34,969 nt of DNA. Origin: Candidatus Altiarchaeota archaeon (GTDB lineage Archaea; Altiarchaeota; Altiarchaeia; IMC4; SCGC-AAA252-I15). The stretch is from the NCBI GenBank assembly GCA_043813075.1, contig JBDRLL010000008.1, positions 1 through 34,969 on the forward strand, read 5' to 3'. Positions 1 to 8,215 of the stretch are shown one piece after another. The translations under genes were made by a program, and so were the position numbers. Below the pieces are notes generated by a model. It had not been told where the DNA came from. It ran no database searches and saw only the letters and a list, made by a program, of their open reading frames with translations. The number at the start of each line of letters is the position of its first letter. The stretch's first letter is position 1.

Positions 1-81
1 TCGAGGGGGGGCTTTTCCCAATGTGCACTCGTTGCAGGCATATCTATAAGTTCAGTGATTACTAATCTTTGTGTGTTACAA

Positions 82-1350
82 ATGTCGTGTGAATCATCTG
101 GTAATGGATGTGGGAAGGGTTTGGCTTACGTCACGACGACTACTAGCGGGTGTCATACGCTGATATCCAAGAGTTCCTACTACAGGATACTCCTCGAGAA
201 AAATGGTTTTAAGCTCACAGACGATCCGGGCAAAGCTTCACTAATTATTGTTAACACGTGTGGTTCCGGGGATTTTGAGGAGGAAAACAGCTATAAGGTT
301 ATTGATGAACTCATGCGCTCGAAACATGAGGGTGCTGAGCTTATCATTGTCGGATGTATGGTGGCCCTCTATAGGGAAAGGATCAGGGGGAAGTATGGTG
401 TCGAGGTTTTCGGGTTGGCTGAGGAGGAGGAACTCAGCAGATATCTGGAGCTTAAGAATGGTTTAGCTGATGGTGACCTGAGGTATGGTGGGGACATCAA
501 ATCTCTGAACGAGGATTTAGGCAGATTTTCCCGGTATTGGGCTGTTCTGGATGGTATAAACCGTTTCTTCATCAGGGTTTTACCTCCATTGGGGCGTACC
601 CTCTCTCTTTATCATAACACGACATACTCCTACTCCCCAGGCACGTATCTGATACAAGTCTGTACTGGATGCGTCTACAATTGTTCGTTTTGCATGGAGA
701 AAAAAGTCAAAAGCTCTGTAAAGAGTAGGGACCTCGAGTCAATAATCCATGAATTTAGGCTGGCTGTAAACAAGGGATTCAAGCATTTTGTTGTGGTCTC
801 TGATGACCTTTCCTCATATGGCGTTGATTTAAGTGGCGGTCCAGTAAACTACATCACATTGCTCCACGAGATATTCAGGATTAAAGGCGATTTCACGTTA
901 GAACTGTTGAATCTTAACCCCCAGGGACTTCACGGAAGGCTGGATGATTTCCTGGACTCAATCGTGCCTGGGAGAATAAAATGCATCATACTCTCGCTGC
1001 AGTCGGGGAGCGACAGGATACTTGGTCTCATGAACCGTGGCTATAATCGGGCGCAATTCATGGATTATGCAAACGCAATCCTTGAGAAAGACAGTTCAAT
1101 ATCCCTCAAGACCTACGTCATAGTTGGTTTTCCTAGTGAGACCGAGGAAGACTTCCAACAGACACTAGACATAATAGACAAAATACCCTTCGGCAAGGTG
1201 ATTGCTTTAGGCTATGATGAGAAGAAAGGCATAGACTCGAACATGATCGCGTCTAAAGTGCCTTCAAGCGTTATAAGCCAGAGGAAAAGAAGGATTTTGC
1301 TCAAGCATTATAAAGTCATGGCCGGATATCTTATGTCTCAAATATTATGA
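82..1350 (+). CDS. MiaB/RimO-like (methylthiotransferase-family) radical SAM protein without a TRAM domain
   Basis: N-terminal UPF0004-type Cys triad (SGCH, NTCG, GCMV); CxxxCxxC as GCVYNCSFC; LQSGSDRILGLMNRGY and IVGFPSETEEDF motifs; ends about 60 aa later with no TRAM. ATG 82 preferred over GTG 55. Confidence 0.85.
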   Translation: MSCESSGNGCGKGLAYVTTTTSGCHTLISKSSYYRILLEKNGFKLTDDPGKASLIIVNTCGSGDFEEENSYKVIDELMRSKHEGAELIIVGCMVALYRERIRGKYGVEVFGLAEEEELSRYLELKNGLADGDLRYGGDIKSLNEDLGRFSRYWAVLDGINRFFIRVLPPLGRTLSLYHNTTYSYSPGTYLIQVCTGCVYNCSFCMEKKVKSSVKSRDLESIIHEFRLAVNKGFKHFVVVSDDLSSYGVDLSGGPVNYITLLHEIFRIKGDFTLELLNLNPQGLHGRLDDFLDSIVPGRIKCIILSLQSGSDRILGLMNRGYNRAQFMDYANAILEKDSSISLKTYVIVGFPSETEEDFQQTLDIIDKIPFGKVIALGYDEKKGIDSNMIASKVPSSVISQRKRRILLKHYKVMAGYLMSQIL

Positions 1351-1362
1351 TGACCCTAAACA

Positions 1363-2160
1363 ATGCCTGAAAAAATAGTGCCAGATAACATCACTGGCGT
1401 GGGGCGGACGTTATTCACTCCACTGAAATACAGGGCTTTGTACAGCAAGTCCAGTGATAACGGATATGAGGACGCTATAGCAGAGAAATTCTATGAATCC
1501 ATAGACTATCCATGGGGTCCGATCAACCATAAGCCCTCACTATGGGGTGTGGTCGTGCGGACCGAGATACTGGACGCCTTCTGCAGTAGCTACCTTTCGC
1601 AGAATCCGGGCGCAACGGTGGTTAACCTTGGTGCTGGTTTATGCACCCGATTCCACCGTCTAGGTCAGCCGGACGCCAACTGGATTGAAGTCGACTTGCC
1701 TGAAGTCATAGAATTCAGGAAGTTACTTGGGGAACCGTCTAATCCCAGGCACATGTTCTTCAAGGCCACGTTGCCTGACGAAAGATTATACTCCTATCTT
1801 ACCAGCCTGTCCTCCAGCAAATACTTGTTCATCGCAGAGGCTCTTCTAATGATTTTCTCTGAGATGGATGTTCGTCAGATGTTCAATAAATTCCTAAACC
1901 TACCTGCTGACTCTGACATCGTTTTCGATGCAGCATCACCCCTCCTGACGTCATATAAGAACATTTTTTCTGGAAGTCGATACTCCTGGGGTTTATGGGA
2001 TTCACGGTCATTAGAATCATGGGGTGATAACATAACCCTAGTTGATGAATGGTGTTATGGTGGCAGGCATCCTGAACTACTGGACATCCTCAGAAGAACC
2101 CTGTTCCAGGCACCCCTCTTAAACTCTATGCTAAAAATAGTTCACGTGAAAAACAGGTAA
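1363..2160 (+). CDS. Class I SAM-dependent methyltransferase, LCM/TcmP-like (carboxyl O-methyltransferase family)
   Basis: VVRTEILD, VVNLGAGLCTRFHRL, WIEVDLPEVI and FIAEALL motifs. Confidence 0.85.
   Translation: MPEKIVPDNITGVGRTLFTPLKYRALYSKSSDNGYEDAIAEKFYESIDYPWGPINHKPSLWGVVVRTEILDAFCSSYLSQNPGATVVNLGAGLCTRFHRLGQPDANWIEVDLPEVIEFRKLLGEPSNPRHMFFKATLPDERLYSYLTSLSSSKYLFIAEALLMIFSEMDVRQMFNKFLNLPADSDIVFDAASPLLTSYKNIFSGSRYSWGLWDSRSLESWGDNITLVDEWCYGGRHPELLDILRRTLFQAPLLNSMLKIVHVKNR
2056..2081 (+). repeat. 26-bp direct repeat, copy 1 (copy 2 at 3872-3897)
   Basis: TATGGTGGCAGGCATCCTGAACTACT occurs identically in both methyltransferase genes. Confidence 0.85.
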
Positions 2161-2164
2161 AACA

Positions 2165-3154
2165 ATGGATAAACCAGATCGACGCCGGGTTATACTCCTC
2201 TTTGTGATAATCCCGGCAATGATAATGTCCCTCATTTTACTCTGGAAGCCAATCTTCATGTCAAAATCCGCGTCATGCATTGCTGGGCATAAAACATACC
2301 CCTCCAATGTCGAGAAGAATAGCGTAATACTGAATGGCCGCCAAGTGACTTACGCCGACAGCGGGTCTGGTGAAGTCATACTGCTGATACATGGGATGGG
2401 TTCGTCATCAAGCGTGTACAGTCAGATGACGCCATTGCTTGCGGATAAGTATCGGTGCATAGCAGTGGATCTCCCTGGTTATGGTGGCAGTGAGTATCAG
2501 AGAATGGATTCGCTAGACAGCTATACCGACTTCATATCGGAATTCAAGCGTGAGCTTGGGCTTAACGATACTTTTTGCATTGGCCATTCATTCGGTGGCA
2601 CTATAATGTCTCACATGTCTTACTCCCGACCGAATGTTTGCAAGAAAATCGTTAATATAGACGGGGTTCTGTTCATGTATGTGCCCACCTTCCTTCAGGA
2701 GAGGTTCCTATCTAATCTTAAGGCGGATAGGCTGTCGGTGTTCGACCCGGTCCACAAAAACATAAATGAAAGGTTGTTGATGGATGTGGAGAAGTCGAGT
2801 CTAATGTCAGCCGACTACTCTGCGATGGTGGACAGCTCTAATGCCGTCATGTGGTATGACTTCTCGGCGGGCGACAGGGTATCCTCACCGCCCATGCTGT
2901 TCATCGGTGCTGGAGGTGAGATGTTCTTTTCGACATCAAGACTACAACTCCTCCCCTATAAACTCTATAAATTATCAGGTCCCGTATACGCTAATCAACT
3001 ACAGTTGCGTTTATTCCGGCGTGCATATGGTCTATATCCTGAAGACAAGTTTGTCTTAAGGAACGTACACTCTCCCAGTCATTATCCCATGTTAGACTGC
3101 CCTGATGAACTGTCCGAATTGATTGATGGTTTTTTTGAGGATAATGTCAATTGA
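2165..3154 (+). CDS. Alpha/beta hydrolase with N-terminal membrane anchor
   Basis: Hydrophobic N-terminal helix; HGMG oxyanion motif, DLPGYGGS, nucleophile elbow GHSFGG, C-terminal SHYPML His. Confidence 0.88.
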   Translation: MDKPDRRRVILLFVIIPAMIMSLILLWKPIFMSKSASCIAGHKTYPSNVEKNSVILNGRQVTYADSGSGEVILLIHGMGSSSSVYSQMTPLLADKYRCIAVDLPGYGGSEYQRMDSLDSYTDFISEFKRELGLNDTFCIGHSFGGTIMSHMSYSRPNVCKKIVNIDGVLFMYVPTFLQERFLSNLKADRLSVFDPVHKNINERLLMDVEKSSLMSADYSAMVDSSNAVMWYDFSAGDRVSSPPMLFIGAGGEMFFSTSRLQLLPYKLYKLSGPVYANQLQLRLFRRAYGLYPEDKFVLRNVHSPSHYPMLDCPDELSELIDGFFEDNVN

Positions 3155-3172
3155 TTAACGTGATACCCCAAG

Positions 3173-3994
3173 ATGACTCGCCACGAAAAGATTGACCCTT
3201 CATGTATCGAAGGTGTCTCTAGAACCATGTTCATCTCCCTCAAGCACAGGGCTTATGGTAGCATCAGCAAGGCAGGCTCTTATCACGATCCTGTTGCAGA
3301 AGACTTCTTGAATTCAATCGAATATCCATGGGATTCCATCAGGCACTCTCCCTCCTATTGGGGTGTTGTCGTGCGCACCGAACTGCTTGACGATATTGCA
3401 AGGGGGTTCGTGAAATCCAATCCTGATGGTGTTGTGATAAACATTGGTGCCGGCTTGTGCACTCGTTTTCACAGGCTTCAACCGGACATACGCAAGTGGG
3501 TTGAAGTTGATTTCCCTAGTGTCATAAGCTTTCGGAGGTTGTTGGGGGAGCCTGAATGCGAAAAACACGTTTTTATCCCTGGTTCAGTGACTGAGAAGGG
3601 CACTATCTCCCGGTTATCTGAATTCTCGGATAGTCCTTGTCTATTCATCGCTGAGGGATTGCTAGTCTACCTGAGCGAGTCTGATAACAAGGGACTGCTC
3701 AATAACATATCATCCTCATTCGGCAGTTTTGACTTTTTTTTTGAGTCTATCACACCACCCTTAATGTTATATAAAAACTTTTTCCATCGCAGTGGCTTCG
3801 GATGGGGCTGCTGGTCTGGACGCAGTATAGAATCCTGGAGCCGGGACATGTCTTTTGCCGGTGAAATCCCCTATGGTGGCAGGCATCCTGAACTACTCGA
3901 CCCTGCCAGGAGACTCCTCTTTCAACTGCCTTTCTTCCGCAGTTTACTTAGGATAATACACGTCAAATCCAAGTATCATGGCCAGATCAGGTGA
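3173..3994 (+). CDS. Class I SAM-dependent methyltransferase, LCM/TcmP-like (paralog of 1363-2160)
   Basis: VVRTELLD, INIGAGLCTRFHRL, WVEVDFP and FIAEGLLVYL motifs; colinear with the first copy. Confidence 0.85.
   Translation: MTRHEKIDPSCIEGVSRTMFISLKHRAYGSISKAGSYHDPVAEDFLNSIEYPWDSIRHSPSYWGVVVRTELLDDIARGFVKSNPDGVVINIGAGLCTRFHRLQPDIRKWVEVDFPSVISFRRLLGEPECEKHVFIPGSVTEKGTISRLSEFSDSPCLFIAEGLLVYLSESDNKGLLNNISSSFGSFDFFFESITPPLMLYKNFFHRSGFGWGCWSGRSIESWSRDMSFAGEIPYGGRHPELLDPARRLLFQLPFFRSLLRIIHVKSKYHGQIR
3872..3897 (+). repeat. 26-bp direct repeat, copy 2
   Basis: Identical to 2056-2081. Confidence 0.85.
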
Positions 3995-4982
3995 TAACGC
4001 GTTCAATCAAGGGTTGGAGTATCCTGTGCTGATACTCAGCAGTGAGGCGGGTTTCGGTAATAGGTCTGTTGGCGACGCTCTGAAAGATGTGTTAGACCAG
4101 GAGAAAGGGGTTTATCACGTGCATGTGGAAAGCCTGCTGCCAGTTGATATCGTGTCAAAGGACTTTGAAAGGTATAGGCTAATATGCGAGAAGGCGCCGT
4201 GGATATTGTATTTCATGTATGGGATGCCTATCGCATACTGGCTTAAGTATCGGATTGAGGATTTGATTGGGAAAGACAGTCTCACTGCACTATCCGATTT
4301 CATAAAAGAGAGGGGCATAAAGACAATATTCGCTACTAATCATAGGGCGTTGTTCTGGTCTGGATTCGTAAGGAGAAGGAATAACCTGGATTGTGAAATA
4401 CGCGGATTACTGACAGACTATTGCGTGAACCCTGGTTGGAGGTATCTCCCATGGAATGAAGTCTCAGTATTCTACGGCCCGATTGAAAAAGACCTCATAT
4501 ACCCTGAATTACGCGACAAGTATGTGGTATCTGACATCCCCATCGAGCATGGTTTCAATACCCTCTCTGGTGTTGGTGATGTTAATAACGTCCTTGTCAC
4601 CGGCGGTGGCTGGGGTCTAGGTGATATAGAGGATATAGTCAGTGATCTGCTTGAAGTCCGTCCGACGCCTAAAATACATGTTGTGTGCGGTGCAAACGAT
4701 AGACTTTTCCAAAGGCTATTATCACGTCGTGGTGAAAACCTTATGGTCTATGGTACGGTGGATTCTTTACTCCCATTGATGGGTGTATGCGCTTCAATCA
4801 TAACAAAACCTGGTGGCGTAACCCTTACTGAGGCGTTTCACTCGAAAAGGCAGATATTCCTAATCCCAGGACTGCCTGTTTGTGAAAAGAAGAATGAGTA
4901 TTATGCCATAAATAATTTCGGTGCAAAGAATTACTCTACAAAATCGTTTAGAAAATGGTACTCTGAGAACATCAGTGTCTGA
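3978..4982 (+). CDS. UgtP/MGDG-synthase-like glycosyltransferase (GT28)
   Basis: LTDY, LVTGGGWGLG, VVCGAN and ITKPGGVTLTEA motifs of diacylglycerol glycosyltransferases. Confidence 0.8.
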   Translation: MARSGDNAFNQGLEYPVLILSSEAGFGNRSVGDALKDVLDQEKGVYHVHVESLLPVDIVSKDFERYRLICEKAPWILYFMYGMPIAYWLKYRIEDLIGKDSLTALSDFIKERGIKTIFATNHRALFWSGFVRRRNNLDCEIRGLLTDYCVNPGWRYLPWNEVSVFYGPIEKDLIYPELRDKYVVSDIPIEHGFNTLSGVGDVNNVLVTGGGWGLGDIEDIVSDLLEVRPTPKIHVVCGANDRLFQRLLSRRGENLMVYGTVDSLLPLMGVCASIITKPGGVTLTEAFHSKRQIFLIPGLPVCEKKNEYYAINNFGAKNYSTKSFRKWYSENISV

Positions 4983-4993
4983 TCACGACCTCC

Positions 4994-6856
4994 TCATCGC
5001 TTATAACGCATTATCATTATCTCCGGATACTTCGGCAAAGGATGCCTCTCAAACCTTTCGCTTCCCCTTATTATCGCCGTTATGGGCTGGTAAAACCCTC
5101 GGTTTAGTCCTTTATCAGGGTCAAGATATATCTCCCTGGATGTTACATAATATGATGGCCTCTGCCTCACCATCTGCGCGTAGGTCTCTTCTATGTGGCT
5201 TTCGGGATCATTCCTGTCAAAGTTTTGGTCTAATCCCTCCACGAATACGTAGTTGCACAGTATGTTCGTTCCCGCATTTTTCTTTCTTTCATGATACTGC
5301 AGGGTGAATGGGTTGAATTCGCGTTCACTGGTGCCGACTATTATCGTCCTATGGTTGGTGTGCTCATTGCATGTTATGCTGAGTATGTCCTCAACCCTCT
5401 CCGCATTATAGCCTTCTCTGTCTATGGGTATGACCCAATAGGGGTCAATATAGTCTTTGGGCGTGATTATGCCAAACAATATGCTGTTGATGATCAGGAA
5501 TTGTATTGTGAAAGCTGAGAACACGATCATGCTCACTCGCCTATCCCCTATCTGCTTCAGGCTCCAGCAAATCATTATCACTATGTATGGCGAAATCGGG
5601 AGCAGGTATCTCATGTCTATGTTCGGGAAAATAGAGTAAACAAATACGAAGAACAATATTTGTGTGATGCTCATCACCGCGTAAACATTCTGAATATTGT
5701 CTTCCTCACCACGCTTTGATATCGTGTAGTGGACTAATGCAATAAAATATGTCGCCAAAGCCAGGTAAGGTGCGATAGGTATTATGTGTTCCGCATTTGT
5801 TCCTGTTATTGACGCGATAATGACTGCTATTATCCCAATCTGCAGTAGATTCAATCCGGCATAAGTCTTTATACGCTCTATATTCCTGTATTGCGCCGCC
5901 GATACTGCTGTAATGAAGAGTATGGCGGTGATGTACAAGTTTATCGGCATGAAGAAACTTAACTCTATATTGTCCAGCCAAAATCCTATCAGCCAAAACA
6001 TTACGTTGTCTGTCACGTCGTTCGGTGTTTTTGTGTTGTTCTTGAGTTGAGTGGATATTGTCTGAAGGTTGAAGTTGTACCAGCTCACGAGCATAAAGAC
6101 AATCATCAATGATATCATTGCGTGGATGATGTGTTTTTTCGTGTACTCCCTCTTGGCCGATATTCTCCTTAACATGTATGCCATGGCTATGAGCCCAGGT
6201 CCAATACAGTATACTGGGGACGACACCTTAACCAGTAGTGCGAAGGAACTTGCTGTTATGAGGTTTAGTGCTGTAGTCAGGCTATCCCATTCTCTGGAAC
6301 GGATGCTTATGTACATGAACCATGTTACTGTGAGTGTCTGGAGTGGTTCCGTGAAAAACCTCGTTCCAACTCCAGCGAACAGGGGGGCTGACATTATGAA
6401 TAGGCACCCTATGAAAGAGATGATAGTGTCTTTGAATAGGTGTTTGAGTATGCTATACAGCATGAATAGCATTATCAGGTTAGTTATGAATACTGAAAGT
6501 AGAAGGCCCGTGTCCACAGACCCTATCATCCTGCCTATGCCCACAAAGAACTGCCCTATCCATGCAATCATCGGCGCCCTCCATGTGCTCATAGTAATCA
6601 TTATGTTGAACCACCTGTCCTGCTGGTTTATCAGCAGGTCGTATAGATAGACCGAGTAAGAGCCGTACATTGCAGGATCCCACTCGAATAGCGACTTGTT
6701 GTGTATGATGTACGCCAGGTATGTGGTCATGAAAATGAATATGAGGACGTATACTGACAACTGGGACTTGATTGATTCGCGGAGGAGAAGATACTTCTGG
6801 TATGCTCTATATAATCTGCAGTCTCTACAGTCTTTACCCGATTTTTCAAGCGCCAT
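4994..6856 (-). CDS. Polytopic GT-C fold glycosyltransferase (ArnT/PMT-like)
   Basis: Many TM segments; WDPAMY in first loop, FFTEP, LLVK, RYLLP motif and a soluble C-terminal domain. Confidence 0.72.
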   Translation of the reverse strand: MALEKSGKDCRDCRLYRAYQKYLLLRESIKSQLSVYVLIFIFMTTYLAYIIHNKSLFEWDPAMYGSYSVYLYDLLINQQDRWFNIMITMSTWRAPMIAWIGQFFVGIGRMIGSVDTGLLLSVFITNLIMLFMLYSILKHLFKDTIISFIGCLFIMSAPLFAGVGTRFFTEPLQTLTVTWFMYISIRSREWDSLTTALNLITASSFALLVKVSSPVYCIGPGLIAMAYMLRRISAKREYTKKHIIHAMISLMIVFMLVSWYNFNLQTISTQLKNNTKTPNDVTDNVMFWLIGFWLDNIELSFFMPINLYITAILFITAVSAAQYRNIERIKTYAGLNLLQIGIIAVIIASITGTNAEHIIPIAPYLALATYFIALVHYTISKRGEEDNIQNVYAVMSITQILFFVFVYSIFPNIDMRYLLPISPYIVIMICWSLKQIGDRRVSMIVFSAFTIQFLIINSILFGIITPKDYIDPYWVIPIDREGYNAERVEDILSITCNEHTNHRTIIVGTSEREFNPFTLQYHERKKNAGTNILCNYVFVEGLDQNFDRNDPESHIEETYAQMVRQRPSYYVTSREIYLDPDKGLNRGFYQPITAIIRGSERFERHPLPKYPEIMIMRYKR

Positions 6857-6871
6857 TTTATTAGTCCTTTA

Positions 6872-8215
6872 CTACTGGTATTCTCTCTCAATATTTATCC
6901 TTGATATGACCGGTATGTACTTATTAGCCCTTTTCTTCGGGAGTTCATCCCCGTCCAAATGGTCTACTGTCACGTGCATTCCATCACCAACCAAATCTTT
7001 TAGGGTTCTTAGAAACCTCTCTTCGCTTGAGGGCTGGTAGTCCCCCCCCTCAATCAAATCCACCCTTATTTCATCAATACTCTCCTGGATTATCTGAACC
7101 CACCTTATCCCTACTAGCTCATTGAAGAGTATGAAAATATTGGTCAGAAACCTCCCGTCCGGTGTGACGAGGATATTCTGTTTTCTGCCAAGTATTTCAT
7201 CGCAGACTGGTAGTCCCCTCCCGCATCCGCATCCAGTATCCTTTCGTTTTATCCCCACCAAGTCCCCTATCTCATATCGTATCAATGGCATGGCAAAGTT
7301 GTGTAGTGACGTCCCAAGGACGTTCCCCACCCTCTTATGTCTCGAGGATAGCTTTGGGTTTTCCATAACCTCCATTATCCCATACTCAGAGTTTATGTGG
7401 TAGCTCTTCTCAGGGCATTGTGAAACGGCTACTGTTCGCTCCATGTGGCCATAAGAGTCTATCAGCGTGCATTTGAACGTTTTTTCGATTGTCTCCCTAT
7501 GTGAAGGTATCACGAGCTCGCCTGTCGTGAAAACCGCTTTAAACGATAATTCATGCCCTCTTCTCCTTGTTAGGAGGGCAAACATGTATATTGTGGATGG
7601 CGAGCCTTTTAGAAAAACCGGCTTATATTTCCTTATTATGTCAACGAAATCATCTATCCTATCGTAAGACATTTGAGCTGGGTTGAGGGTTAATCTCCTG
7701 GTCATGTGCGAGTAATCCATCAGTCCATCCTTCTTCCCAAGGAAGTGGTGAAGGGAGAATTCTGCAAATGGCGTGTATATGCTATAACCTGCCCATGACC
7801 AGTATCTCCAGTAATAGCAGAATTCAAGTATGTTGGATGTCTTATCCAAGAAGAAATTCACCGGCTCCCCGGTCGTCCCAGTCGTCCTATTCAATTGCGG
7901 CCCATAATTTTCTATGTCAACTGCCTGAAGTGATTCAAAATTATCCTTGACCATGTCCTTGGTCAGGTGAGGTATTCTCTCGATGTCTTCCAGCTGCTTC
8001 ACATCCTTCACTCTGATCCCCTCTTTGTCAAACATTCTCCTATAATAAGGGACTTTTCTGTATGCGTGGTCTAGGATAATCATCAGCCTCTTAAACTGGT
8101 ACTCCCTCAGCATTTCCTCAGTGAACCACTGGCTTTTCTCGAGAAACAACCTTAACTTTATGATTGAGGCAGGGTATAGAAAATCCCTAATCTTAAAATC
8201 CACAGACATTCTCAC
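6872..8215 (-). CDS. Phenylacetate-CoA ligase family (PaaK/CapK-like) adenylate-forming enzyme
   Basis: HAYRKVPYY, TTGTTGEP, YGHME, MPLIRYEIGD and CGCGRGLP motifs; start overlaps the stop of the upstream oxidoreductase. Confidence 0.88.
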   Translation of the reverse strand: MRMSVDFKIRDFLYPASIIKLRLFLEKSQWFTEEMLREYQFKRLMIILDHAYRKVPYYRRMFDKEGIRVKDVKQLEDIERIPHLTKDMVKDNFESLQAVDIENYGPQLNRTTGTTGEPVNFFLDKTSNILEFCYYWRYWSWAGYSIYTPFAEFSLHHFLGKKDGLMDYSHMTRRLTLNPAQMSYDRIDDFVDIIRKYKPVFLKGSPSTIYMFALLTRRRGHELSFKAVFTTGELVIPSHRETIEKTFKCTLIDSYGHMERTVAVSQCPEKSYHINSEYGIMEVMENPKLSSRHKRVGNVLGTSLHNFAMPLIRYEIGDLVGIKRKDTGCGCGRGLPVCDEILGRKQNILVTPDGRFLTNIFILFNELVGIRWVQIIQESIDEIRVDLIEGGDYQPSSEERFLRTLKDLVGDGMHVTVDHLDGDELPKKRANKYIPVISRINIEREYQ

